A DNA stretch of 64,000 nt from assembly GCA_045535075.1 (NCBI GenBank), contig JAZSKX010000014.1, forward strand, positions 192,001-256,000, given 5' to 3'. Below the pieces are notes generated by a model, which searched no databases, had not been told where the DNA came from, and saw only the letters and a list, made by a program, of their open reading frames with translations. The stretch comes from Candidatus Spyradenecus sp. (lineage in GTDB: Bacteria; Verrucomicrobiota; Verrucomicrobiia; Opitutales; UBA953). A program made the position numbers and the translations under genes. Position 1 is the first letter of the stretch; each line of letters opens with the position of its first letter. This document shows positions 51,651-61,516 of this stretch, in pieces.

Positions 51651-53336
51651 ATGAAAAAAGTATTCACGCGATTTTTCGGAATTTGCGCGTTTGCGTTTTT
51701 TTCTGCGGGAACACCGCTTGTCGGCGCGGAAGACGCGGCGTCCCGTGTCTTTGTTGTGGCTGCTTCTAACGATGCCGATTCTATTGAACTTGCGGAATAT
51801 TACATGTCGCGCCGCGGAATTCCCGCTGAAAATCTCATTGCACTCGCTTTACCCACGGAAGAAACCGTTTCGTGGAAAAGCTTTGCAGATGAAATTCACG
51901 CGCCTTTGCTTCACGAACTTTCGAGGCGCGGATTAATTGACGGAACGATTTCGCAAAAGCGCGACAGCGCCGGTCGCCTCATTCTTGAGTTCCCGAGCGG
52001 ATTTGATCCGGAAAACGCAATCGCGGGAACGAAAATCGCTTACCTTGTTCTGTGTCGCGGTGTTCCGTTAAGAATTAAAAATGACGAAGCACAGTTGCCG
52101 CCGCTGCGCCCGGCAAAAAAGGGCAAGCCCGCGCCGAAACGAATGCCTTTGGAAACGAATTGTGCTTCCGTCGATTCCGAGTTGGCGTTGATTGCCGTTC
52201 CCGGGCTTCCCGTCAACGGAGCCGTTCAAAATCCGTTTTTTAAAGATTTTAACGCGAAACTTCCGAAAAAGCTTTTCCTGAAAGTCGCCCGTTTGGACGG
52301 AATTACGCTCCGCGATGCCAAGTCGCTTGTCGATAACGCACTGGCGGCAGAAAAAAAAGGCCTGATGGGACGCGCCTACATCGACATCGGAGGTCCGCAT
52401 AAACAAGGCGACGATTGGCTTGCAAAAACGGAGAAAATCGTCGGCGCTCTCGGCTTTGACACGAGCGTTGAACGGAGTAAAAAACTTATGTCGGCGACGG
52501 CGCGCTATGACGCTCCCGTATTTTATTTCGGCTGGTATACTCAGAACGTGGGAGGATTTTTCCTCGACTCGAATTTCCGCTTTCCTGCCGGAGCTTGTGC
52601 GATCCATATCCATAGCTTTTCGGCAACTTCCATGCGTTCCCGCACGGCGTGGACTCCCGGCCTCGTTGCGCGCGGCGCGACGGTAACCGTCGGCAACGTT
52701 TATGAGCCGTATCTCGGATTTTCTCATCATCCGCATTATTTTGCCGAAGCGCTTGCAGCGGGAAAGTGTGCCGGAGATGCTGCCGCATTTGCAAATCCGG
52801 CATTTAGTTGGCAAACGATTTTTGTCGGGGATCCCCTTTACCGTCCGTTTAAAAAAACGCTTCAGGAGCAAATAGAAGAGTCAAAAACGGGATTCCCGAC
52901 GCGTCTGCACCAGTACGCATTTTTGCGTGCCGCAAACCTTGCCCGCAACGAGAAAAAGGATTCCGAAGCTGACAAAATCTTAAATTCAGCCCGATTTTAT
53001 GCGCCGGGCGCGGCGTTGGAATATGCGATTGCAAAAAACAATTTTTCAAAAACACATCGCCTCGAATGGAAGCATAAGCCGAGCAATCTCGCGTTTGAGA
53101 ATCCCGGTTTGATTTTGGAGCTTATCCGCTTTTGGGCGAACGGCGGGAACGCAGAGCTCGCCGTCAAGTTTTACAATGAAATGCTTTCGCGCAATTTTGT
53201 GCCGGATCATGTGCGCTCCGTTGTTTTGGCGGAAGCGATTGTTTGCGCCGAAAAGCATCACGTTCCCGCAGCTCCCGTCGCCGCTTGGCGCGATGAACTT
53301 GCCCGCCTGAAGGCGAAGGAAGAGCGCCGAAAATAA
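51651..53336 (+). CDS. TIGR03790-like protein
   Basis: S.ELAEYY..RGIP.EN, ASVDSELA, VARLDG, FYFGWY, HIHSFSA, GNVYEPYL, SWQ..VGDPLYRPF. Confidence 0.8.
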   Translation: MKKVFTRFFGICAFAFFSAGTPLVGAEDAASRVFVVAASNDADSIELAEYYMSRRGIPAENLIALALPTEETVSWKSFADEIHAPLLHELSRRGLIDGTISQKRDSAGRLILEFPSGFDPENAIAGTKIAYLVLCRGVPLRIKNDEAQLPPLRPAKKGKPAPKRMPLETNCASVDSELALIAVPGLPVNGAVQNPFFKDFNAKLPKKLFLKVARLDGITLRDAKSLVDNALAAEKKGLMGRAYIDIGGPHKQGDDWLAKTEKIVGALGFDTSVERSKKLMSATARYDAPVFYFGWYTQNVGGFFLDSNFRFPAGACAIHIHSFSATSMRSRTAWTPGLVARGATVTVGNVYEPYLGFSHHPHYFAEALAAGKCAGDAAAFANPAFSWQTIFVGDPLYRPFKKTLQEQIEESKTGFPTRLHQYAFLRAANLARNEKKDSEADKILNSARFYAPGAALEYAIAKNNFSKTHRLEWKHKPSNLAFENPGLILELIRFWANGGNAELAVKFYNEMLSRNFVPDHVRSVVLAEAIVCAEKHHVPAAPVAAWRDELARLKAKEERRK

Positions 53337-53337
53337 A

Positions 53338-53370
53338 CAATCCCTTCCGCTGAGCGAAAGGGATTGTCGA
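53338..53370. terminator. Hairpin between convergent genes
   Basis: ACAATCCCTT...AAGGGATTGT. Confidence 0.65.
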
Positions 53371-53380
53371 CGTGGGAATT

Positions 53381-53827
53381 TTATGCCTCAGCTTCTCGCT
53401 TTGCGTAAACTTGCTTTTCAACGTCGATAAAGACGCGGGCAATAACTTCGTAAGCTTTTCGCCATGCTTCGATAATTTCGTCCGTAGCGGCGTCTCCCAA
53501 GACTTCTTTAATTGCAATCAGAAGATGTTTTCCGACAATCGGATAATGCTCTTCCTTTACCATGCAATCGCAGTGAACTTTGGCAATTTTCGCTACGGCG
53601 GGAGCGAGATTTTCAAGCTTGTCGATGTTTTGAGCTGCCGCGAGAACCGTCATCGCAAGTGCTTTCGGCTGTGCGCCCGAAGCTTGTTTTGCCATGTTAA
53701 ACATCGGTTTCACTTCCGGGTTTTGCTCAAACATATTTTTGTAAAATGTTTGAGTAATCGTCATCCCGTGGGCTTTTAGCGCGGGAACGGTGCTTTTCAC
53801 TAACTCGATAGTTTTGGCATCTAACAT
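53381..53827 (-). CDS. Single-domain bacterial globin (VHb/Cgb-like)
   Basis: [42 protein letters not shown]; no reductase domain. Confidence 0.93.
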   Translation of the reverse strand: MLDAKTIELVKSTVPALKAHGMTITQTFYKNMFEQNPEVKPMFNMAKQASGAQPKALAMTVLAAAQNIDKLENLAPAVAKIAKVHCDCMVKEEHYPIVGKHLLIAIKEVLGDAATDEIIEAWRKAYEVIARVFIDVEKQVYAKREAEA

Positions 53828-53888
53828 ATTCTTACTTTCTTTTGTGGTTAATAGGAAAAAGATAGGCATATTCTGCGGGAATGAATAA

Positions 53889-53911
53889 AACATGCAAATA
53901 AAATACACATT
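53889..53911. promoter_or_regulatory. Possible NsrR/Rrf2-type operator upstream of globin
   Basis: AACATGCAAAT-A-AAATACACATT resembles the 11-1-11 AAGATGCATTT-N-AAATGCATCTT box. Confidence 0.45.
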
Positions 53912-53991
53912 AAAATGGACTTTTAATGATAAAACTCTTTCGTTGCCTTGAACGTTTTTTTTTGAAAGACTTCCACAACTTTATTTTCAAC

Positions 53992-54067
<76 letters not shown>

Positions 54068-54436
54068 ATTAAGAATCCTGCTTTAAACGTAGTGTTTAAG
54101 CGGAATTCTTAGCTTTATGCGGGTTGTATATGAGTGTGAGGCTTTTTATTGGGACACAAAAACAAAAATTATTTGGCGTTTGAGAAAAACGTTTATTATT
54201 TTCCGAATCGGGCGTGTTTGCGGGTTTTTCGTAAAATTACAGAAGGAAAGCCGCCATATCGTTTATTCCGAACTTGAGTTGACGGCGGGGGAAACTTATG
54301 AGTCGCAATTTGCGGTGCGCATACGTCACTGAAGCGAATTTATGCTCTACGGCTATGGCGCAGATATTAAACTAAGCAGGGACGTTGCCCAAAACGCGAG
54401 TTGCAGCTCCTTGGATCAAGTTGCAGAAATTTGCTG

Positions 54437-55024
54437 TTAGTTCGCCGGTACGGCAGAGAACATCATCATCTTGTTCCACGCGTCAATATCTTGAACAATA
54501 AAAAGCCCTAAGATACAAGATGCATCTTGGACGCAAATTTGCGTGTGTGTTTTCTCGAAAAATTTCCCGCCCGGATAAACGGGTTCTCCCTCAATAAACG
54601 GAGATTTGACCGCCGGAATTTTTCGATCTTCAAAAAGAGTATTTAAGACGGCACAGTCGAGGTGGCGTTTTAATTCGTCCTTGTCGTTTTTGCGTCCTCG
54701 TTGATTTTTAGGAAGTTTTTGTCCGGTGGAGTTGTAAATTGCTTCAAGCTTTTGATAGGCAAGACGGAGGAATTGTGCTCCGTCCGGAGAGGTTAAATCG
54801 AGACATAGATTCGGGTTAATGATTGCTCCGAGGACTGTCGGGTTTTCTTTCTTTTTGTCGACAGCCCATTTGCGAGCTCTCAGAGGATCGTCTTCCCAAA
54901 AATAAAACCCTTTCCCGAGCCACTCAAAATCGTTGGTGCTTTGCTTAAGGTCAAAAGAAAGCACGATGCTTTCAGCGTCTTTTCGGGAGCATCCGTGAAA
55001 ACCGTAAATCGGGTGAAGCGCCAC
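54437..55024 (-). CDS. Hypothetical protein with ADP-ribosyltransferase-like motif order
   Basis: GFHGC...WLGKGFYFWE...A..WA...HTQICV. Confidence 0.6.
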   Translation of the reverse strand: MALHPIYGFHGCSRKDAESIVLSFDLKQSTNDFEWLGKGFYFWEDDPLRARKWAVDKKKENPTVLGAIINPNLCLDLTSPDGAQFLRLAYQKLEAIYNSTGQKLPKNQRGRKNDKDELKRHLDCAVLNTLFEDRKIPAVKSPFIEGEPVYPGGKFFEKTHTQICVQDASCILGLFIVQDIDAWNKMMMFSAVPAN

Positions 55025-55030
55025 CGGAAA

Positions 55031-55204
55031 TCAGGAGGAGTGAATAACGCGTTTAATCCAAGCGAGCGCTTCTTCTTTGCTCATTTTCCGCACGTTGCGA
55101 ACGTCTTTTTCGAGTTGGTCGTAGGCTTCTTGAAAGAACGGGTTGTTCAACTTAACGCGGGGCGAGCGCTTCCGTGGCTGTTTTGTTGCAGATTGTTTCA
55201 CCAT
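55031..55204 (-). CDS. 57-aa basic hypothetical protein upstream of the ART-like gene
   Basis: AGGAG RBS before ATG 55204; ends 6 nt before next gene. Confidence 0.55.
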   Translation of the reverse strand: MVKQSATKQPRKRSPRVKLNNPFFQEAYDQLEKDVRNVRKMSKEEALAWIKRVIHSS

Positions 55205-55315
55205 GTTCTTTTTCTCCTTAGCCTGATCTTCGCACAGCGCTCCGCCTCGTGCAAGCACTAACCGAAACGAACCTTTTCTAACCACTTTGACGATTGTTTG
55301 AGGATTTTTACGAAG

Positions 55316-55350
55316 AAAAAGGCGTTCCCGTGATCTCGGGAACGCCTTTT
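55316..55350 (-). terminator. leuC terminator made of an inverted CGGGAAC pair
   Basis: A5-GGCGTTCCCG-TGATCT-CGGGAACGCC-T4. Confidence 0.85.
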
Positions 55351-55366
55351 GTATTTTTTCGGACAA

Positions 55367-56773
55367 TTACAGCCCGAAAACTTCGCGACAGTCGGCAACT
55401 TCGCCCTTCACGGCGGCGGCGGCAACCATCAGCGGCGACATCAGCAGCGTGCGCCCCGTCGGGGAGCCTTGGCGCCCTTTGAAATTGCGGTTCGACGCGC
55501 TCGCGCAAACCTGATCGCCTACAAGCTTGTCCGGATTCATCGCCAAGCACATCGAGCAACCCGCCATGCGCCATTCAAAGCCCGCATCGCGGAAAATCTG
55601 CGCGATGCCGAGTTTTTCGCACTGCGCCGCAACAATTTGAGAGCCGGGAACGGCAAGCGCTTTCACGCCCGGTGCCACTTTTTTCCCTGCCAAATATTTT
55701 GCCACCAGCTGAAAATCCGAAAGCCGCCCGTTCGTGCACGAACCGATAAACGCGACATCGACTTTCGTTCCCGCAACCGGAGCGCCCGGGGAAAAACGCG
55801 TGTAGCGATAAGCTTCTTCCGCCGTCGCGGCATCCGTCGCAGAAAGCTCTTCGGGACGCGGGAACGCCGCCGTCACGGGAACGCTCTGCGCGGGCGTAAT
55901 TCCCCAAGTTACCGTCGGCGCAATGTCTGCCGCGTCGACGTTGACGACATCGTCGTAAACGCAATCCGGATCGCTTGCAAAGGATTTCCAGCGTGCGACT
56001 GCGGCTTCCCACTCCGCATCTTTCGGGGCAAACTTGCGTCCTTTGAGATAGGCGAACGTCGTTTCGTCGGGATTGACGTAGCCGACACGCGCGCCGCCTT
56101 CAATCGCCATGTTGCAAACCGTCATGCGTTCGTCCATGGAGAAATTATCAAACACGCTCCCGCCGTATTCGTGCGCGTAGCCGATTCCGCCGTCCACACC
56201 GAGCAGGTTAATCAAATGCAAGGCAACGTCTTTGGCGGTAACGCCGGGTTTGAGCGCGCCGTTGACATTGATGCGGCGCACCTTCAGCGGCGAAAACGCG
56301 AGCGTCTGCGTCGCGAGTACATTGCGAACCTGCGACGTGCCGATGCCGAACGCGACCGCGCCGAACGCGCCGTGTGTCGCCGTGTGCGAGTCTCCGCAGG
56401 CAATTGTTTTCCCCGGTTGCGTGATGCCCTGTTCGGGACCGACGATGTGAACGATACCCTGGTGTCCGGTATGTGTATCGAAAAATTGAATACCGTTTTC
56501 CGCGCAGTTTTTGCGGAGTTCGGAAATCATGGATTGCGCAACGGTGTCGGAAAAAGGCTCGGCAACGCTCGTTGTCGGCACGATGTGGTCAACCGTCGCA
56601 AAGGTGCGTTCCGGGTGCATGACGGGCAGTTTCATGTCGCGCAACATTCCGAACGCCTGCGGCGAAGTTACTTCGTGAATGTAATGTGTGGCGATGAAAA
56701 GCTGTGTTTGCCCGTTCGGGAGCGTGGCGACGGTGTGCGCGTCCCAAACTTTTCGAAAAAGTGTTTTACCCAT
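55367..56773 (-). CDS. leuC: 3-isopropylmalate dehydratase large subunit
   Basis: [40 protein letters not shown]. Confidence 0.97.
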   Translation of the reverse strand: MGKTLFRKVWDAHTVATLPNGQTQLFIATHYIHEVTSPQAFGMLRDMKLPVMHPERTFATVDHIVPTTSVAEPFSDTVAQSMISELRKNCAENGIQFFDTHTGHQGIVHIVGPEQGITQPGKTIACGDSHTATHGAFGAVAFGIGTSQVRNVLATQTLAFSPLKVRRINVNGALKPGVTAKDVALHLINLLGVDGGIGYAHEYGGSVFDNFSMDERMTVCNMAIEGGARVGYVNPDETTFAYLKGRKFAPKDAEWEAAVARWKSFASDPDCVYDDVVNVDAADIAPTVTWGITPAQSVPVTAAFPRPEELSATDAATAEEAYRYTRFSPGAPVAGTKVDVAFIGSCTNGRLSDFQLVAKYLAGKKVAPGVKALAVPGSQIVAAQCEKLGIAQIFRDAGFEWRMAGCSMCLAMNPDKLVGDQVCASASNRNFKGRQGSPTGRTLLMSPLMVAAAAVKGEVADCREVFGL

Positions 56774-56914
56774 AATGCGGGAAAATCTAATTCGTGCGAC
56801 GCGTTCCCGCAAAGCGAAATTTATAAAGTCTACAATAAAACAAAAGTTGTTTTATCGTCTTTACTTTACTAGTTATTTTTATTTTCCTTTGCGCAAAAAA
56901 TAACTGCTCTCGAA

Positions 56915-59365
56915 ATGAAAAAATTACTCCTTTTTGTTGAGAATCTCGTAAAGAGAATTTTGAGAGTTCCCGCATTCTTTATATTTGCGGGAACGACGCA
57001 GGCGGAATTCGTTGATATAATTGCGTTGAATTCCGTTCCCGAGGACGAAACGGCGGCAAACGTCGGCATTATTTCTTTGAATAATCCGGACTTGGCTCCG
57101 CCCGAGGGATTTGAAAACGGCTTTCAAACCGCGAGGGAAAACGGGCGGCAAATCCGTTATCATATTATGGACGGCAATCCGAATGCGTGGAGCGCAGTCG
57201 TCGGCAACGGCATCGAATATTGGCAGGATAACAGCGGCGGCGCACTCGGCGTGGAGCTTTGCGCGGGTCCGCGTTCCCGCGGCATAAAACAGCGTTTTGC
57301 GATGGAGGCGAACAAAGATTTTTGCGGCGGCTATGCCTTGGTTTGGAATCATTACGGGCGCGTGCCGAAATCGGGAACGCTGGACTACAGCTACACGGTG
57401 ATGATTACGGCGGGCGACCCTTCGGCGGAAGGAGCGCAAACCATCGGAACGCCGCTCGTGATTGAGTCTGCGCGCGTTCCCGCGGGCGGCACGGCAAAGG
57501 AATGTTTCTTTTTCGGAATCGGGGAAACGGATCTGTCTGCGATTGAAAAAAACGGACTTTGGATCAGCATTACGCCAAACACGACGGGGACGTTTTCGGC
57601 GGTCGTCAGCAATCTCCGCATCGTAAAAATCTGCATGGCGGTCGATAAAAACCGCGACCGGAACGTTTCCTTCGGCGGCGACGATTTTACTTCCGCTTCC
57701 GAGCCCTATCGCTTTTGGATAAACAACGATTCCGATAAAAGCGGCATGAGCGAAGACGAGGTTTCCGCTATCGACCGAAGCGGCTCCGCCGAGCCGGACA
57801 GTAACAACGAAAAACCCGAAAGCATTCGCGATTTGGAAGATTTTTCCCGCTTGCAGATTCGTTTTTTCGGCGACGAAAATGCGATGGCTTGGATTTTTGA
57901 AAAACTAAAATCCGGTGATTTGTCTGCACAAATCAGAAGTTCCGGAAGTGCAAAAATTCGTGTCTGGCGACATTTAGATGATGCGGGAACGCTTTCTTAT
58001 GTAGATGGCGGACAGGCACAAGAAATTACCGGTCTCCAAACGATTCGCGTTGCGCACGGGACGACTCCGGAACTCTTGTTTCAAACAAAGATTTGGAAAG
58101 ATTGGTCTCCGGGAAATCCGAAATATGCCGTTCGGGGGATTTCGGTAGAGCATCCGCGACTCAATCTGCTCTTTGAAGGTGTTGATCAGGGGAAATCTCA
58201 ATTCTTTGCGGAATTTTCGTTTGCAGATCGGGATTATCAAGCGACGTCTTCCGTTTGGCTTGAACTTCTTGATGTCCGGAAAATGTTTGAGCAAGTGCAG
58301 TTAGTGGGAACAAATTCTTCCGGCAGTGAAAAATATTCCTGGAGCTCCGATCAATTCGGAAGTTTCCGAAAACCGTGGGATGAGGAAGCCGGTAAGCAAA
58401 TTGCTTTTATTCACGGGTGGAATATGGAAAAAGCGGGAACGCGTTCCTATGCAGAAACCGCGTTTAAGCGCCTTTGGTGGCAAAATTATAAAGGTCGCTT
58501 CTCTTCGGTGTACTGGCCGACGGAAACAGGAGGCACGACTTATTGTCCGAGTGAGTTTATTGCTTGGAAATGCGGAGAGGCTCTGAGTGATTATTTTGAT
58601 GTTCTGAAAAACAACGGAATGACGGTAAATGTTATGGCTCACAGCATGGGCAACATCGTTGTCGGAAGTGCGTTAAAGGAAGGTGCAACTATCGGTAATT
58701 ATGCACTACTAAATGCCGCAATTCCCATGGAATGTTATGATGAGGATGAGAATCTTAGACAGCCTCCGCAGACGAAAACTCTCACGTCTTCGGAATTAAT
58801 GGTGGTAAATTTGGGACCGACGTATCTGGCATGGGCGAAACCATCTGTTTCTGACGATCCGATACGGGAACTCGCTTCACGCGGATACCGTGGATACTTA
58901 AAAAACGTATCTGGTAGTCTTACCAATTTTTATTTACCAAAAGATTTTGCAACAGAGGAAGCATGGGAATTCAATAATTCAACGCAAAAACCTTGGGGTG
59001 ATATAGTTAATAAGATTTTTTCCGGTTCCTATGTCTACTACAGTTACGATACAAAAATAGGCATAAGTAAAAAAATGCGTATGCGAATCGTTGCAGGGGA
59101 GCTTATCGAAGAAACAGATTCTATTTTGGTTGAAGACGTGATAGATCCGGAAGAAGTGATGTCTTATGTTGATTCAAGCAAAACAAAAGTCGCAGGAACA
59201 GAAGGACGATCTTACGGAAAATTTTTGCAGAATATCAACATGGGTGAAATAGGGGAGATTGGAGTCAATTTCAACCGTGAACATAGTGCACAGTTTGTGC
59301 TACCTATTCAGCGTACGTGGAAATTTTGGAACACACTAAAAGAAATACTGGAAAAGAGCAAATAA
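56915..59365 (+). CDS. Probably exported multidomain protein with C-terminal alpha/beta-hydrolase (DUF900-like); putative effector
   Basis: FIHGWN, MAHSMGN nucleophile elbow, NAAI, late EHS; central VDKNRD..PYRFWINND..DLEDF segment. Confidence 0.7.
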   Translation: MKKLLLFVENLVKRILRVPAFFIFAGTTQAEFVDIIALNSVPEDETAANVGIISLNNPDLAPPEGFENGFQTARENGRQIRYHIMDGNPNAWSAVVGNGIEYWQDNSGGALGVELCAGPRSRGIKQRFAMEANKDFCGGYALVWNHYGRVPKSGTLDYSYTVMITAGDPSAEGAQTIGTPLVIESARVPAGGTAKECFFFGIGETDLSAIEKNGLWISITPNTTGTFSAVVSNLRIVKICMAVDKNRDRNVSFGGDDFTSASEPYRFWINNDSDKSGMSEDEVSAIDRSGSAEPDSNNEKPESIRDLEDFSRLQIRFFGDENAMAWIFEKLKSGDLSAQIRSSGSAKIRVWRHLDDAGTLSYVDGGQAQEITGLQTIRVAHGTTPELLFQTKIWKDWSPGNPKYAVRGISVEHPRLNLLFEGVDQGKSQFFAEFSFADRDYQATSSVWLELLDVRKMFEQVQLVGTNSSGSEKYSWSSDQFGSFRKPWDEEAGKQIAFIHGWNMEKAGTRSYAETAFKRLWWQNYKGRFSSVYWPTETGGTTYCPSEFIAWKCGEALSDYFDVLKNNGMTVNVMAHSMGNIVVGSALKEGATIGNYALLNAAIPMECYDEDENLRQPPQTKTLTSSELMVVNLGPTYLAWAKPSVSDDPIRELASRGYRGYLKNVSGSLTNFYLPKDFATEEAWEFNNSTQKPWGDIVNKIFSGSYVYYSYDTKIGISKKMRMRIVAGELIEETDSILVEDVIDPEEVMSYVDSSKTKVAGTEGRSYGKFLQNINMGEIGEIGVNFNREHSAQFVLPIQRTWKFWNTLKEILEKSK

Positions 59366-59366
59366 T

Positions 59367-60374
59367 ATGGAAAAGCAAAAGCGATATTGGAGGATGGTTA
59401 TATTTCTTCTAGCATTTTCGGGAATCCTGTTAGTGCTAGCAAAATTTAGCGACAAAGATTGTGAGATATCTGAATATGTTGAATTAAAAGAGGCGGATAC
59501 CACCTCTCTTCTAAGTAAAATTCTTGCCAACAAGATAGTTTTCCACGGGCAGGTTTTGGATTTGGAGGGCAATCCGGTTTCGAATGCCCAAATAACTTAT
59601 TCCGGTTTTACTGCCGCTCATTATGAGAACGCTTGGACGGGCGGCGGTCCGCCGGACAAAATTAAATATGCCGACGAAAACGGATGCTTTGAAATTCGGG
59701 AAACCGGAGGAAGTTTATTTGTTAATTGTACGCATCCGGAGTATTACGAAACTCGAGGTCATCCGGAAGAATCACAACGGAAATTTGGTTACGGACTCCA
59801 CGTTGGAGAGGATCCGGCACTTGAATCTAAAAAACCGGCGATTTTTCGCTTACGCAAGAAAGGCATCCGAGAACCTCTCTACTACTCATGTAGCAAGATT
59901 ATCGGAAAGGGGCAAAGTTGGATTCAGTTGCCGAAGGAAGGGATTGCAATAAATCTTGCAAACGGAAAGAAAGCCGAAACTGATACAAGCATCTATATTT
60001 CATTTCACCGAGATAAAAATTCGGAGCAATCTGAAGATTATGATTGGGGATACACACTACGTATTCCCGAAGGCGGGTTTATCGAAAAGGAAGGTAGGTT
60101 CAACTTTATTGCCCCGGAAAGCGGGTATCATTCGGAAGTTGGCATTAAGTGTAAAAAAGGCGATCGACTCTGGGGTTTTTGGAAGTCCTATCACTACTTT
60201 ATAAAGTTCCCTAATAAATTGTACGGTATTTTTGAAATTCGGGTATCAGACGGAGGTTGGATAATTTTTCAGGCACTTATCAATCCGAATCCGGCTTCCC
60301 GTAATTTGGAATACGAATACGAAAAACAAATTAACAAAAATCAGGGAGGAGATGGCTATCATTACCGCTTATGA
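59367..60374 (+). CDS. Membrane-anchored hypothetical protein (putative immunity paralog 1)
   Basis: N-terminal TM; IVFHGQVLDLEGNPV carboxypeptidase-regulatory-like start; 1 nt after hydrolase stop. Confidence 0.7.
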   Translation: MEKQKRYWRMVIFLLAFSGILLVLAKFSDKDCEISEYVELKEADTTSLLSKILANKIVFHGQVLDLEGNPVSNAQITYSGFTAAHYENAWTGGGPPDKIKYADENGCFEIRETGGSLFVNCTHPEYYETRGHPEESQRKFGYGLHVGEDPALESKKPAIFRLRKKGIREPLYYSCSKIIGKGQSWIQLPKEGIAINLANGKKAETDTSIYISFHRDKNSEQSEDYDWGYTLRIPEGGFIEKEGRFNFIAPESGYHSEVGIKCKKGDRLWGFWKSYHYFIKFPNKLYGIFEIRVSDGGWIIFQALINPNPASRNLEYEYEKQINKNQGGDGYHYRL

Positions 60375-61339
60375 GAATTCGTTCCCTTCTGAAAAACCTT
60401 AAAATAGCCCTAATTTTCGCGGGAACGCTTACGGGAATTTTGTTCTTCTGCGCCTCCTGCGGGACGGGAACGCCACTGCTCGACAGAATTCTTGCCAATA
60501 AGATTGTTTTTCACGGGCAGGTTTTGGATTTGGACGGCAATCCGGTTCCGAATGCAAAAATAACTTACTCCGGTTTCAGTGCCGCTCATTATGAGAACGC
60601 TTGGACGGGCGGCGGTCCGCCGGACAAAATCAAATACGCCGATGAAAACGGGTGCTTTGAAATTCGCGAAACCGGAGGAAGTTTGTATGTTAATTGTACG
60701 CATCCGGAGTATTACGGCTCAGAATCCTCGGTACAGAAATTCGGCTATGGGCTTCAGGTCGGGAATGAGCCGGCGTGGGATTCGCAAAATCCGGCAATTT
60801 TTCGCTTACGCAAAAAAGGGATTCGTGAGCCATTATATTTTTCCTGCGGGGAGATGATAAACAAAGGAAATGAATGGATCGCTCTTGGGAACGGGGAGAG
60901 GATTGTGATTGACCTTGCTCGGGGGCGACGGAGAGAAACCGACACAAGCATTTATATTTCGTATCAGTGCGAAAAAGACAAAGATCAGGAGCGGAATTAC
61001 GACTGGGAATACACATTGCGTATTCCCGGCGGAGGATTTATCGAAAAGCAGGAAAACTTTGACTTTATCGCACCGGAAGACGGATACCAAGAAGAGATAA
61101 GAATCGGTTACCTTAAAGATGATAAATCTTGGAACTATTTTAAGCGGTGCTTCTATTTCGTAAAATTCCCCAACGGGCTTTACGGAATTTTTGAAATTAG
61201 TGCCGAATCCAGAAGGAGAGGCGTATTTCTCTTCCAAGCGCTCATCAACCCTAATCCGGCTTCCCGAAATTTGGAATACGAATACGAAAAACAAATTAAC
61301 AAAACTCAAGGATATCATCGTTACATGAGGCTACTATAG
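60371..61339 (+). CDS. Lipoprotein-like paralog 2 (putative immunity)
   Basis: ATGA overlap; CASC lipobox-like; near-identical N- and C-terminal blocks to paralog 1. Confidence 0.7.
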   Translation: MRIRSLLKNLKIALIFAGTLTGILFFCASCGTGTPLLDRILANKIVFHGQVLDLDGNPVPNAKITYSGFSAAHYENAWTGGGPPDKIKYADENGCFEIRETGGSLYVNCTHPEYYGSESSVQKFGYGLQVGNEPAWDSQNPAIFRLRKKGIREPLYFSCGEMINKGNEWIALGNGERIVIDLARGRRRETDTSIYISYQCEKDKDQERNYDWEYTLRIPGGGFIEKQENFDFIAPEDGYQEEIRIGYLKDDKSWNYFKRCFYFVKFPNGLYGIFEISAESRRRGVFLFQALINPNPASRNLEYEYEKQINKTQGYHRYMRLL

Positions 61340-61351
61340 GAGATAGATAAA

Positions 61352-61510
61352 GTGAGGCTTATCAAAAAAATCGGATTTGTTTGTATCTCGGGAACGCTTA
61401 CGGGAATTTTGTTCTTCTGCGCCTCCTGCGGGACGGGAACGCCACTCCTCGACAGAATGCGTCTTACGGCATTGGTTCTCAAATTTAATTTCCTCGAAAG
61501 TCGGGGCTAA
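61352..61510 (+). pseudogene. Truncated third paralog (signal peptide only)
   Basis: AGGAG RBS, GTG start, in-frame GTLTGILFFCASCGTGTPLLDR; 61389-61458 matches 60420-60489 at 69/70 nt, then homology ends. Confidence 0.75.
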
Positions 61511-61516
61511 TCTTGT

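Noticed and set aside
54117..54332. 71-aa ORF after the tRNA
   Set aside because: No recognisable motif or RBS; probably decayed or noncoding.
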